The position numbers and the translations under genes were made by a program. The notes under the pieces were generated by a model, which was not told where the DNA came from, ran no database searches, and worked only from the letters and a program-made list of their open reading frames with translations. DNA of 64,000 nucleotides from Eledone cirrhosa (Eukaryota): NCBI GenBank assembly GCA_964016885.1, contig OZ024742.1, forward strand, positions 102,176,001 through 102,240,000, read 5' to 3'. Below, piece after piece: positions 26,935 to 43,051 of the stretch; position 1 is the stretch's first letter, and each line of letters opens with the position of its first letter.

Positions 26935-28380
26935 GCGGTGGTGGTCTATTATGGGAGGCGGTGGTGGTTGTGGTGGTGGTGGTGGTAGTGGTGGTGGTGG
27001 TGGTGGTTGTGGTGGTGGTTGTTGTTGTTGTGGTGGTGGTGGTGGTGGTGGCGGTTGTGGTGGTAGTGGTGGTGGTAGTGGTGGTGGTGGTGGTGGTTGT
27101 GGTGGTGGTGGTTGTTGTTGTTGTTGTGGTGGTGGTGGTGGTGGTGGTGGCGGTTGTGGTGGTAGTGGTGGTGGTAGTGGTGGTGGTGGTGGTGGTTGTT
27201 GTTGTTGTTGTGGTGGTGGTGGTGGTGGTGGCAGTTGTGGTGGTAGTGGTTGAGGTGGTGGTGGTGGTGGTGGTTGTTGTTGTTGTAATGGTGATTGCAG
27301 TGGTGGTGGTGGTGGTTGTGGTGGTGGTTGCGGTGGCGGTCGTTGTGGTGGTTGTTGTTGTAATGGTGATTGCAGTGGTGGTAGTGGTGGTGGTAGTTGT
27401 GGTGGTGGTTGCGGTGGTGGTGGTTGTGGCGGTGGTGGCGGTGGTAGCGGCGGTGGAGGATGGTGGTGGTGGTGGTTGTGGTGGCGGTGGTGGCGGCGGC
27501 GGTGGATGATGGTGGTGGTTGTGGTGGTGGTGGTGGTAGTGGTAGTGGTGGTGGTGGTGGTTTTGGTGGTGGTAGTGGTGGTGGTGGTGGTGGTGGTGGT
27601 GGCGGCGGTGGTAGTGGTGGTGGTAGTGGTGGTGGCGCTGGATGATGGTGGTGGTGGTGGTGATGATGGTTGTGGTCGTGGTGGTGGTGGTGGCGATGAT
27701 GATTGTTGTGGTGCTGGTGGTGGTGGTGGTGGTGGTGGTGATGGTGGTGGGTGATGGTGGTGATGATGGTGATGATGGTTGTGGTGGTGGTGGTAGTGGT
27801 GGTGATAATGGTTGTGGTCGTGGTGGTGGTGGTGGTGATAATGGTTGTGGTGGTGCTGGTGGTGATGATCGTTGTGGTGGTGGTGGTGGTGGTGGTGATG
27901 GTCGTGGGTGATGGTGGTGGTGGTGGTGATGATGGTTGTGGTGGTGGTGGTGCTGGTGGTGATGATGGTTGTGGTGGTAGTGGTGGTGATGATGGTTGTG
28001 GTAGTGGTGGTAGTGGTGGTGATGATGGTTGTGGTTATGGTGGTGGTGGTGGTAATGGTAGTGGGTGGTGGTGGTGGTGGTGGTGATGATGGTTGTGGTC
28101 GTGGGTGGTGGTGATGATGGTTGTGGTGGTGGTCGTGGTGGTGGTGGTGGGTGGTGGTGGTGGTGATGGTGGTGATGGTGGTGGTAGTGGGTGGTGGTGG
28201 TGGTGGTGGTGGTGGTGGTGGTGGTGGTGGTGGTGGTGGTGGTGGTGATGATGGTTGTGGTCGTGGTGGTGGTGATGATGGTTGTAGTGGTGGTTGTTGT
28301 GGTGGTGGTGGTGGTGGTGGTGGTGATGGTGGTGGGTGATGGTGGTGGTGGTGATGGTGGTGGGTGGTGGTGGTGGTGGA
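26935..28380. repeat. Complex (GGT)n-based trinucleotide repeat with higher-order units
   Basis: 1.45 kb of ggt/gtt/gat/ggc triplets; recurrent gatgatggttgtggt units. Confidence 0.95.
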
Positions 28381-28504
28381 CGTCATAGTCGTCCTCGTCA
28401 GTGAATTAACATTAAATTTTTTTTTGGCAGGATGTGTTTGTTGTGGTGTTCCACAACTCCCAACAGAAACAAGCTTCACTTCTCTAAAAAACAGAAAATG
28501 ATGC

Positions 28505-29025
28505 TACACCTCACACACATACACACACACATACACACATACACAGACACAAATACACCTCACACACATACATACACACACATACACAGACACACAAACA
28601 CCTCACACACATACACATACACACACATACATACAGCTCACACACACATACACAGACACACATACACCTCACACACATACATACACACACACATACACAC
28701 ATACAGCTCACACACACACACATACACCTCACACACACACATACATACACACACATACACCTCACACACACACATACATACACACACATACACCTCACAC
28801 ACACACCTCACACACATACACACACACACACATACAGCTCACACACACACACACACATACACAGACACACATATACCTCACACACATACATACACACACA
28901 TACACAGACACACAAACACCTCACACACATACACATACACACACATACATACAGCTCACACACACACACACATACACAGACACACATACACCTCACACAC
29001 ATACACAGACACACAAACACCTCAC

Positions 29026-29060
<35 letters not shown>

Positions 29061-29245
29061 TCCAGCTCACACACACACACACACATACACCTCACACACA
29101 CACATACATACACACACATACACCTCACACACACACATACATACACACACATACACCTCACACACACACACACACACCTCACACACACAAACACCTCACA
29201 CACACACACACTTCACACACACACACACACATACACCTCACACAC
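28505..29245. repeat. Complex (CA)-based minisatellite
   Basis: Recurrent acacctcacacac and acagctcacac variants. Confidence 0.9.
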
Positions 29246-29596
29246 CCTTCTACTCCATTCCCCCTCCCCTCATATCTCTCCTACCCTGTCACCACCACCG
29301 ACAATCCCTCCTCATCCCACTTCGTCAAACTGTGTCAACATTTCAATCCTTTCCCAGTTATAACTGACGTCATTCAACCCTCCCCTTCTCCCTCTTCTTC
29401 ACAAACGGGTGGGATGGGTGGGGGAGGATGAGATGAGGTGTGGCGAGGTGTTTTGTTTTTTTCAAATGTGTGTTTGTTTTTACTGCTTTTGTTATTGTTT
29501 TTATTTACTGTATATAAAGAACAACAAAAGTGGTATTGGACATAGTTTCCTTACTTCAAACAGTTTCAGAAATACACACACATACACACATACATA

Positions 29597-29686
<90 letters not shown>

Positions 29687-29904
29687 TACTTTTACACACA
29701 CAAACGTACATACATATATCTTTATTTTATATATAAATAACTTCTACAGGACTAGAACTGTTTTATTCGTATGAAATCATCAGGAAATATACATATTATA
29801 TATATACACCAAAATATACGGTAGTGTCCAATCCGTATGAAGAACTCAATGTAATCCAAATATCATGAAAAGAGAAGATGTATTCAAAATTTTTTCGATG
29901 AAAA

Positions 29905-30019
<115 letters not shown>

Positions 30020-30181
30020 TGTGTGTGTGTGTGTGTATCTGTCTGTTTATGTATGTATATATGTATACATATATATATGTGTGTGTGTGTGTGAGTGTGT
30101 GTCTGTCTGTCTGTCTGTCTGTCTGTGTATGTATATATGTATACACACATACATATATATACACACACAGACACACACACA

Positions 30182-30249
<68 letters not shown>

Positions 30250-30693
30250 CGATATTAACAAATGGAAACTATATTTATAAAACCATATTTATTTCATTAT
30301 ACATATTTCAAGGACACCAAGTTAAATTATGGTGTGCTTTCATCAGACAAAATATAATATAGATCAGTTTTATAAATAAATATTGACATACCCTTATAAA
30401 ATGCAACCATTACTGTTGGAAGCTCCCGGATAGCTTCCAACAGTAATGGTTGCATTTTTTAAGGGTATGTCAATATTTATTTATAAAACTGATCTATATT
30501 ATATTTTGTCTGATGAAAGCACACCATAATTTAACTTGGTGTCCTTGAAATATGTATAATGAAATAAATATGGTTTTATAAATATAGTTTCCATTTGTTA
30601 ATATCGTATTTTTACTCCAAATATTTGTTGAGTGCTTTATATCAGTTATAAAAATATTTGCTTGTTGTATCCCAACAATTTAAATAGAACTTT

Positions 30694-30731
<38 letters not shown>

Positions 30732-30960
30732 GAAGTTCTATTTAAATTGTTAGGGTACAAAAAGCAAATACTTTTATAACTGATATAAAGCACTCAACAA
30801 ATTATTGGAGTAAAAATACGATATATTAACAAATGGAAACTATATTTATAAAACCATATTTATTTCATTATACATATAGATCAGTTTTATAAATAAATAT
30901 TGACACACCCTTAAAGAATGCGACCATTTCTGTTGGAAGCTCCCGGATAGTAGGGTTATA
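30250..30960. mobile_element. Alternating-orientation array of an HHR-like PLE terminal module
   Basis: Palindrome 30250-30424 / 30432-30606; second inversion ~30596-30696 / 30728-30830 around (TA)n; third copy lacks the HHR segment. Core TTGT-CTGATGA-AAGCACACCA-(10 nt)-TGGTGTCCTT-GAAA-TATGTATAA at 30506-30559. Confidence 0.8.
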
Positions 30961-31854
30961 AATTTATTTATACTATTATGCAAATTAGTGTCGGATATTT
31001 TTAAATCACAGTAGATTTAAAATAAGCCGTTGGAGTATGGAGAGAGGGAAAGAGAAAAAAGAAAAAAGCTTTAAGAGGAAAATAAGAAAACAAGAAAAAG
31101 AGAAAGAGAGAAAGAGAAGAAAAAAGAAAAGAGAAAAGAGAAAGCGAAAGAGAAAGAGAAAGCCCTAAGTGATAGGTTGTTGTATTAGCATAACTTTTAA
31201 GATGAAATGAAAAAATAAATATTTTTGGATGAGTAAAGTAAATAAGTAAATTAGCGTGAATGGAAAATACTCGTGAATGGAAAATGAATTTTAACCAGTG
31301 TTTAAATATGATTAAATGTTTAGTTTATCAATTAAATTATCCATCAAATTATTGAGATCTATGCATTAAAAGTTGAGATCTATATATTATTAAAAATCTA
31401 TATATTATTAAGACCCATATATTATTAAAAGAATATATTCATATATATACGTACGCACACATACATACACATACATATAAATATATATATATATACCTAC
31501 ACATACCATACACATAGATAAAGGACTTTTTATGTATAAGATATAGGAATTTTCTTAAACTTATATATTTTTCTGAGAAACCAGAGAAAAAAAACTCGGA
31601 GAAAAAACATTTCTATGTAATAGCAAAACAGCACGAAGGAAATTAAGTTATTTACTTATATTAAATGTTATAAATGTCAAGATAACAAAGGAAATTTAAG
31701 ATTATAGAACCCTTATGTTATAATACAAACCTTATATTATAAATTTTATATTTACTGAATCCACCTGTTATGTAGTTGTGACTGTCATTATATAAGTTTG
31801 TTTATCATGAACCTTAAGTAAACCCTTATAATCTAGTGCATTTGAATTGTATGC

Positions 31855-31890
<36 letters not shown>

Positions 31891-31914
31891 CTGTCTGTGT
31901 ATCTATATATCTAT

Positions 31915-31968
<54 letters not shown>

Positions 31969-32016
31969 CTGTCTGTGTATCTATATATGTATACACACAC
32001 ACACACACACACACAT

Positions 32017-32059
<43 letters not shown>

Positions 32060-32409
32060 TATATATATATGTATATATATATTATAAACGATATATAATA
32101 TGTATGAAGCCATTTCCATATACATATGATAAAGATGCATATACTCTTTTAATATATATATATAGCGATAGAGAGAGAGAGAGAGAGAGAAAGATACATG
32201 TATATAGACATTACACATGAATACATTTACCAACACACATACACGCGCTTTTATGTGTGTGTGAACGTGTGTAGTTGTGTGTGTAAATCTTGTTAAAACA
32301 TTTACTTACTAAGACCGCACAACACACAAACAAATCAATGTAAAGAGCGCGAATATTGATATTGAATCAATTATTCACAATCATATATGCACAACTTTGT
32401 ATTAAAGAT

Positions 32410-32440
<31 letters not shown>

Positions 32441-32575
32441 TACATATTGCATGAGTATAATAGTGTATATATACACATATATACCCATTGTCACACATTC
32501 ACGGATTTTGTCATATGTAGACAAATATCTTTTGGAGAGACATACAATTGCATGAGTGTAAGCGTTCAGTCATTG

Positions 32576-32667
<92 letters not shown>

Positions 32668-32708
32668 GTATATAAATATATATAAACAGTATATATACAT
32701 ATATATAT

Positions 32709-33600
<892 letters not shown>

Positions 33601-33617
33601 ATGTATATATATATATG

Positions 33618-33722
<105 letters not shown>

Positions 33723-33737
33723 ATATATATATGTATG

Positions 33738-33844
<107 letters not shown>

Positions 33845-33912
33845 GTTGTTCCCCCAAAATGTATACATATTTCAACAGCATTCCAATAAACATTGCCTAT
33901 AGAGGTAATCAA

Positions 33913-34077
<165 letters not shown>

Positions 34078-34088
34078 GCATATATATA

Positions 34089-34333
<245 letters not shown>

Positions 34334-34419
34334 TATCTATGTAAAGTACCTATATATTTACACACGTTTTTACTCGTAGTCAGGTATATATATATATACA
34401 CTTCATTACACTCATCACA

Positions 34420-35830
34420 CATACACACACACACATGTATACACACCATGTATACACACACACGTATACACACACACATGTATACACACCATGTATACAC
34501 ACACACGTATACACACACACATGTATACACACCATGTATACACACACATGTATACACACACACATGTATACGCACACTGTATACACACTCACACACATAT
34601 ATACACACACATGTATAGACACACACATGTATTCACATTCACACACATGTATACACACACACACATGTATACGCACACTGTATACACACTCACACACATA
34701 TATACACACACATGTATACACACTCACACATGTATAGACACACACATGTATTCACATTCACACACATGTATACACACACACATGTATACACTCACACACA
34801 TGACACACATGTATACACACACACATGTATACACTCACACACATGACACACATGTATGCACACACACGTGTATACACACACATGTATATACACACACACA
34901 CATGTATACACACACACATGTATACACTCACACACATGACACACATGTATGCACACACACGTGTATACACACACATGTATACACACACACACACATGTAT
35001 ATACACACACATGTATACACGCACATGTAAACACACTCACACATATGCACACATTCACACATGCACACACTCACGTATACACACACGTACAGTGAATAAC
35101 CAACGAACGTACTTGCATACATACAGACGCACTCACAGACAGTCACTTATACACACACATGCGTATACATATGCAGACACACACGTACAAAAAACAACAT
35201 ATGAACATACACGTCTGCACATACACACGTGCTCACACACACATACACACACAAACACGTTCATGCACACTCACACATACAGGGAATCACGTATGAACAC
35301 ACATATATGCCTATTCACACATACACACATACACACAATACCTATACAAACAAACACACACACATACAAACTCACACATACAAACTCACACAAACACACA
35401 CACGCGCACATACCTACACACACATACATACAAACGCATACGCACAAACACACACACATACAAACTCACACAAACACACAAACACACACACGTGCACACA
35501 CCTACACACAAACACACACACATACAAACTAACACAAACACACAGAAACACACACACACACATACCTACACACACAAACACACATACAAACACATACACA
35601 CAAACACACACACATACAAATTCACACAAACACACAGACAAACAAATACATACACAAACACACAGACAGACGCACACACACACACACACACAAACTCACA
35701 CAAACACAGACAAACACACACACATACAAACTCACACAAACACATACACAACCTACACACACACACCTACACACACAAACACACCTACATACATAAACAT
35801 ACACACACACACACACACGTACACACACGT
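34420..35830. repeat. Complex CA/TA minisatellite
   Basis: Recurrent cacacatgtatacac units, then acaaacacac variants. Confidence 0.9.
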
Positions 35831-36127
35831 ACAGATAGTGACGGCGTAGAGGTTGAATTGTTTTGACACAGACAAAAAAACCTATCTTAGTTCAGTGACC
35901 GTCTTTCTATTATGTAAAGAAGATTAAAATAACAACAAACAAACCATATTTAAGAATACATTTACTTAGATTCAGACCTCCCTACATCATACAGGCAATG
36001 TTTTATTGAGACTTGATAACTATCACTTGAAATGTCGCCCTCGGTTTACTGCATCAAACATTTAAAAAGAAAACTAACTTGTTTGGTTACCTGTTTGCTT
36101 AAATAAAAGCCTGTAACTGATGGTAGT

Positions 36128-37100
36128 AATGTTTTTATTTTTGGCACAAGGCCAGCTATTAAACCAGTGCATTACTGTTACTTTATTTTATCGACCCCGT
36201 AAGGGTGAAAGGCAAAGTTAACCTCGGCGGGATTTGAACTCAGAACGCAAAGGGACGTAACTATGCTGCAAAGCATGGTGTCCGACGCTTTACCGATACA
36301 GCTAATAATAATTGTTTCTACTTTTTGGTACAAGGCCAACAATTACCCAGTGCATTACTGGTACTTTATTTTATCGACCCCGTAAGGATGAAAGGCAAAG
36401 TTAACCTCGGCCGGATTTGAACTCAGTCCGTAAAGGGCCGTAACTCTCTGCTGTAAAACATGGCGTCCGATCCTCTACCGATACTGCCAACCCACCACCC
36501 TGATCGTAATAATAATGGATTCTAATTGTTGTACAAGGCCAGCAATTTTGGTGAAGGAGATAGTCGGTGTGTTGACCTCACTATTTAACTGGTATTTTAT
36601 TTAATCAGCCCCGGAAAGATCAAAGGTAAAGTAGATCTCGACGGGATAGGAACTCACAACGTAAAGGGACGTAACTGTATGCCACGGAGCACAGAGTCCA
36701 ACGCTCTACCAATATTACCAATAACTGGCATTTTAATTTATCAACCCCGGAAGGATGAAAAGCAAAGCTAACTTCGGCAGGATTTGAACTCAGAAAATCA
36801 ATGCTTATCATTTGTTCGACGCTCTGCCAATCTACCGGTCATAATGATTTCTAATTTAGACACAAGGCCAACACATTTGGGGGAAGGGCAAATGCTGTAA
36901 AGTAGTTTGTCCGGCGCTCTACCGATTCTGCCAATCCATTGCCGAACTGATAATAATAATAACAATGGTTTCTTATTTAGACACAAGGCCATCAATTTTG
37001 AGGGAGGAGAAAGTCGATTAAATCGATCCCAGTGCGTGACTGGTACTTTATTTTATCGACCCTGTAAGTATGAAAGGCAAAGTTAACCTCGGCGGGATAA
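36128..37100 (-). mobile_element. Head-to-tail cluster of ~5 SINE copies or fragments
   Basis: Repeated tttattttatcgacccc...gaaaggcaaagttaacctcggc. Confidence 0.8.
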
Positions 37101-37189
37101 CAACAGCAATAATAATAAATAGACCAGGGAATGTCCAAGAAAGAAATTACAAGAAAGAGGAAGAACAACCTGAATAGCATATTTTTAAA

Positions 37190-37435
37190 GCAAATTCAGA
37201 GATCCGCAGACATGGAACTGATTAAAGAAAAAGGACCTTAAGAAAGCCACAGAGGGAATGCTACTGACTGCACAGGAGCAACCCTTGAAACGAAGTGAAC
37301 GAAATCCCATAATGACAAGAAGGAGGCTAGCCTGCTCTGTAGGATCTGTGGAGAGAGAAAGGGAACTGTGGCTCACATCGTATCCGAGTGTAAACATCTA
37401 GCCCAGACTCATTATAAATGATGGAGGCATGATAT
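37190..37435 (+). pseudogene. R4/Dong-clade LINE CCHC region
   Basis: LKKATEGMLLTAQEQ...CRICGERKGTVAHIVSECKHLAQTHYK*WRHD. Confidence 0.75.
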
Positions 37436-37439
37436 CATA

Positions 37440-37890
37440 CCAGCTTCCTCTCGGCTCATTTCTGGGTGAGAGTGTCCTCCCTGATCATAACTCGGTCCCA
37501 ATTCTTATCCGAACCAGACTCCGAGAAACTTTACCTATCCGTCCGTCCAGCGCTCGAGGACGCTGTTGAACAGCATAGATTTTCCTCTTCAGGTGCCGAT
37601 CAGCAAGCCTACCGACGTTTCCGGGTTTAGTTTTACTCCCGTCAACATTTCATATTTCTCCAAGAGAGTGCCGACCACATCGATCTCCAAGATGTTCGAC
37701 CCCATCACGGTGATGTCCACCGAGCAGATGGTGCTGTGCATTGCAGAGATTCAGCCTCTGAAGACGGGACCGAAGCCAACTAGATGCCTTGAGGAAAGCT
37801 TCCGGGTATCGATGGTCGACCCCATCGAAAGCCTACGATTGATCTAAATTGATCAGAGCCCCACCGAAGCCAGGTTTACACCCTACCCTC
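37440..37890 (-). pseudogene. Degraded RT fragment related to the Tx1 element at 55646
   Basis: Reverse complement resembles 58242-58330 (GFGGALINLDQS.AFD) and 58600-58790 (RWTDG*VKFLGVWFG). Confidence 0.8.
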
Positions 37891-38345
37891 TCGAGTTACA
37901 GTAGAGGCTGACATATGGCTAAACAACAGCAACTTGCTCTACTAAGAATGTATTCGTTAAGGTAGCCATCGTTAAATTAAGCTGTTATTACCATTGATTT
38001 TAAAACGTCTACTATGCTAATTATCCCCCAACCCTTAATTTTATCTAAACTTCAATTTTAATATTTTTTCATCTAACATCAACTAAATAATTGTGAGATG
38101 TAGAAATGACATGTTGCCATAAATGTGATCCCCATCACGCCGAGGTACGACATGAATTAACCCCTCTTCTTATACCACGTTGTCGTATCTAGACAGTAAG
38201 CCATCCACTCAAGTAAGCCCTCCACTCCAGTAAGTCATATCTAGACAGTAAGTCACACGCTATCAAACCTCACATCATAGAGTAGAAACAAATTAACAAG
38301 AAAACAGATTTTATAAAAATGAAGACGAACGATTTCACGAAGAAT

Positions 38346-38730
38346 CAGACCTGCCAACCTCTAAAAACCCAAACTGGACCATGAAAAAAAGTGTCCCAAA
38401 ACGAGAAGAAATGAGGCAAATTGGGGAGATTTTACATAATGAAAGCTACGCCCATTTTCACAAGAGAAGACATCTCTCATCCACCCCAAAGTGCGTGGGA
38501 GATATACCCGTCGTAATGGACGGTTGACTGGTCTGAAATAGTGAGTCATGTTAAATAGTAAGTCTTGTTACTCTGGAGTTTCACCAGTTTATCAAAAAGG
38601 CCATCAGATGAATATTAAAGCTGTACTCCGGTAATGAGCACTCTTTTTTTCTCTGAAGTTAAAAACATCTCTTACCCACCCAAATTGGGTGGGAGAACTC
38701 CCCGCCGGACGGGGAGAATTGACAGGTCTG
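38346..38730. mobile_element. Non-autonomous DNA transposon(s) enclosing an HHR-like motif (38562-38609, minus strand)
   Basis: cagacctgccaacc...gttgactggtctg...ttgacaggtctg; aagaat flanks both outer ends; minus strand CTGATGG-CC...GG-T-GAAAC-TCCAGA-GTA. Confidence 0.6.
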
Positions 38731-38954
38731 AAGAATACTTTACATATCTCTATTTCACGACTTCTCTGTTATATTGTGGAATAGAATGAACCTACATTGG
38801 TTCGGACGATATGTGAAGCACGGACACGTAGAAGATACTTGACCAAAGCGTGCTACACAGCGGGATAGAACCCAGAACTTCGGGATTGTGGTGCGAACAT
38901 GTATGTATGTATGTATGTATGTATGTATGTATGTATGTATGTATGTATGTATGA

Positions 38955-39375
38955 AAACTCTGATATAACACCTGCAACCCTGATGGTATCCAATGATGTT
39001 GACTTGTTCTTCTTTTTGGTAAATATCATCTTGGTTAAGAGAGTGGGACTGGCTTTGTGCAGTGCCTTTGCTCACTATAAAAGCTTCACGGCACAGGCAT
39101 TGCTTTATATCTGGAGATCTCTCTGCACTTGTCGTCACATGGTACCATGGGCCCAGCACTATGTGTCAATAATTGTCACAAGTGTAGTGTTTATACCAGA
39201 GTTTTCAAGTCGCTGGCTGGACTAAAAAGTCACACTCGTTCAGCGCATCGGTAGGGGTTCTCCTACATGGATATAAAGTAGTGGCCGTACTCGAAAACGA
39301 GTTGGCAGCCACTATGTATGTATGTATGTATGTATGTATGTATGTATGTATGTATGTATGTATGTATGTATGTAT
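38955..39375 (+). mobile_element. Second copy of the RTE-like 3' end with C2H2 finger and (ATGT)n tail
   Basis: Near-identical to 3535-3888. Confidence 0.7.
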
Positions 39376-39448
39376 GTGTGTGTGTGTATGTGTATGTGTA
39401 TATAGATGTATATATGTCAGCATGTGTATATATGTGTGTGTGTGTATG

Positions 39449-39505
<57 letters not shown>

Positions 39506-39528
39506 GTATGTGTGTGTGTGTGTGTATA

Positions 39529-39623
<95 letters not shown>

Positions 39624-40237
39624 ATATATATATATATGTATATATGTCTGCATGTGTGTATATATATATATATGTGTGTATTATGTATATTTGTTTGCGT
39701 ATGTTATCTATAGTGTTGAACCAATTAAGTACAGATTAGGTATAGTTTTATAAAGGTTAGTGCGTTGATTTGTTGTTATTATTTCACACCTGTGGTGGTT
39801 TTATCTCGGATTCCTGTCTAAGTATTTCTCAACAAGCTACAGGTGGGCTTGTGGTCCGTTTGTGTTATTCGGTGTGTTGAGAGTGCTAGTTGTGCAACTC
39901 GGTTGTCTATGTTTAACCCTTTAGATATTAACTCCTGCCCATTGGGGAAGGGGATCACTAGATGACACTGCCCCTCCCCTACTTTTCAATGGTACACCCT
40001 CAGAAGTATTTGTTAATTAGGGTGCCCACCTAGAAATAGTTGGAAGACTCTCTTCTCTTTCATTCCCAAACACCAAATCCTGGTGTCTCACCTGACCAAA
40101 CCGCTTGAAACCGAAACCACCCCTGGTTCCGCAGTACAAAGCTGCTTATATTAAAGTGTTTGTATTTATCTGCAAACTTTCCTTCGTAATTTTATGTAAG
40201 AACCTTTGTTAAGTTATGCTCTAAACCCTAGCTTAAA

Positions 40238-41330
40238 AATAATTTCTAATTTAACCACAAGGCAGGGAAATTTTGTGAGGAGGGGCAAAGGTTTTTAAGT
40301 GAACCTCAGTTGACAGGTTCTTTATTTTAGCGACCCCGGAAGGATGAAAGGTAAAATCGACTGCTGTGGGTTTTGAACTCAGAAGATAAAGAATGGGAAC
40401 AAATACCGTAATGGCACTTGTCCGATGCTCTAACGATTCTACAAATCCATCCCCCTTGCACCAGCTTAATAATGAGAAAATTAGTTATATTATTAAATGG
40501 GCGGTGGATTGGCAGTATCGGTAAAGCGTCAGACACCATGCTTTGCAGCATAGAGTTATGGCCTTTTACGGTATGAGTTCAAATCCCGCCGAGGTTAGCT
40601 TTGCCTTTCATCCTTACAGGGTCGATAAAATATAGCACCAGTAATACACTGGGGGTAATTGCTGACCTTGTGCCAAAAGTAGAAACAATTATTAAATACT
40701 TCCAAATTCTCGATTACCTGAAAAGCTAAAGAAGTGTTCTTCATTAGGAATACTAGCTACTGCCAGTGTTTAGATCTTATAGTTGAAGGAGGAATAAATG
40801 TGTTGGCAGTTACTGTTTTATTGTATTTGTAATGATTTGGGGGGAAGACTTGTGCCTTTACCTTTTTTTAAAGACAGTAGAACGTGATTTAAAGGCGCTT
40901 TGGTTGCTATTTCTAGCATGCCGAGCAATCACTTAGATATTTTCTTTTTGGCTGGTGCTTCTGCTGGTGTTATAGATACTGTTATTGTTATTAGGGCGGC
41001 AGATTGCCAGAATCGTTAGATCATCAGACAAAATGCTTGGCATCTTTTAGTAGCAGCTCTTTACATTCTGTGTCCAAATACCGCTGAGATCAACTTCGCC
41101 TTTCATCTTTCCGAAGTCGATAAAAAAGTACTAGTCCAGTACTGGGGTTGATTCTTCCTATATAGCTCTTTATCACTTCCTCTCTACCACTATCTTTCAT
41201 TCTCTCGGAGAAATCGGCTATTTTAAGACCTGGAGATGGATGGGCTTTGTGAATTTTAAAATGTTATCCAAGACACGATGTATGTTACTACGGTGCTCCA
41301 ACGCCTCCCTCAGAAGCTACGGGTCTGTCC
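40238..41330. mobile_element. Three SINEs: 40238-40455 (-), 40498-40692 (+), 40995-41330 (+)
   Basis: Family core present in both orientations. Confidence 0.75.
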
Positions 41331-42736
41331 ATTCATATATTGTTATTGTTATTTTTTGTATGGTTTATCCCTAAGACATCCCTGGTCGAGCAGACCAGTT
41401 GTGACCATCCTGCCATTGTATATATCAAGGACTTCATTGTCGAATGTATCCGCGCCTTATTGATAACGGCAATGTTTGATTTGAGGGTAAACTTGGTTGT
41501 TATTTTAAGCAGATCAAAGAAACCACACGAGGGTTATCCCATATTGGTGCAGGTGATATAGGTAGGTGGTGGTGGTTGTAGTGGTGATGGTGATGATAGT
41601 ATATTTGATGGTAGGGGCTGGCTGGTTGGTTGGTTTTTTGGTTAGGTTGGTGAAAGTATAATCTATTTGACAGCATTTCCGTTCCTTAATATCCTTTAGT
41701 AGTTCTGCTTCGCTGTGTAAAAATGCCTTATCAATTAGTGCACAAGTCTTTTCAATTCCTTCCTCACAGACACAGGGTATCAGGCACCATTCAGTCACTC
41801 CACCCTCACCATCTTAACTTAAACACAGTGAAATTGCTTCTAGAAAACATCGCACTATTAACAAATCTTATCTTTATCTTTTCATTTTTAAATCAACATC
41901 TCAATATTTCAATATTTTTCTTTAATACCCCCTGCACCCCACCCTCCACCCCCACCCTAGCCCCACACCCGCCCGCTCTATTTTCTGTTCTGTTAACCAC
42001 CCTCGTTCCCAACTCCATTCTTTACTACTTTATCCATTCGGATTTATCTTCTTCTTCTTCTTTCTTCGTATTATCTTTTTCTGTTTTCTTTCTTTCTTTT
42101 ATTTTCTCCTCTTTATCCCAGCGCTTCTCTTCCTTCTCATATTTTTCCTTTCTTGTCCTCTTCTTTCTCCTTCCCCCCGCTTCTTCTTCTTCTTCTTCTT
42201 CTTCTTCTTCTTCTTCTTCTTCTTCTTCTTCTTCTTCTTCTTCTTCTTCTTCTTCTTCTTCTCCTCCTCCTCCTCCTCCTCCTCCTCCTCCTCTTTATCC
42301 CCCTCAATCTCCACTTCTTTTTAATCGTCTTCTAAATTCTCCCCCACCACCTCTTCTTTTCTCTCCCCTAGAAATTCCTTCTCAACAACTTTGCAAAAAC
42401 GTCGTCACCACCATCATCACCACCACCACCACTACCACCAACACCAACACCAACACCATCGCCACCACCACCATCGTTACCACCACCACCACCACAACCA
42501 CTATCACCATCACCACCACCACCACCACCACAACCACTATCACCATCACCACCACCACCACCACCACCACCACCACTAGCACCCACCACCACCACTATCA
42601 CCACCACCACCACCACCACCACCACCACCACCACCATCAAAATAAGAACAACAACAACAACAATACCAAGGAACACTTGGTGTAATGACTAAGTTATCTT
42701 TAAGTGTATCTTAAAGTTGAAATACATTGTACCTAC

Positions 42737-42811
42737 CGTGTCTCCACTTTCTTCGTGTCTCTTCGTGTCTCTCCGTGTCTTTCCGTGTAACGCTGCCATG
42801 TCCGCCGCCAT
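42737..42811 (-). CDS. Candidate 75-nt coding exon (MAADMAALHGKTRRDTKRHEESGDT), product unknown
   Basis: Isolated CpG-rich patch; gcggtcATGgcg start context; ends at ACG|GTAGGT donor in phase 0. No homology recognised. Confidence 0.3.
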
Positions 42812-43004
42812 GACCGCCGCTGTGCAATGGACGACTTAAATCACAACACCGCCTCTTCTAATTCTTTAACTATCATTGAAAAGCGATATGTCTAATCCAA
42901 TTAGCAGCAAAACATTTGGGATTACGTTTACATGAAGAACCACAGAATCTTTAATCTGTAACCAACTTTTGTTGTGGTTTTTGTTGTTGTTGTTGTTGTT
43001 GTTT

Positions 43005-43051
<47 letters not shown>

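Noticed and set aside
28376-28405. CTGACGA-GGACG-loop-CGTCC on the minus strand, like a hammerhead 5' half
   Set aside because: No GAAA follows and stem I cannot close.
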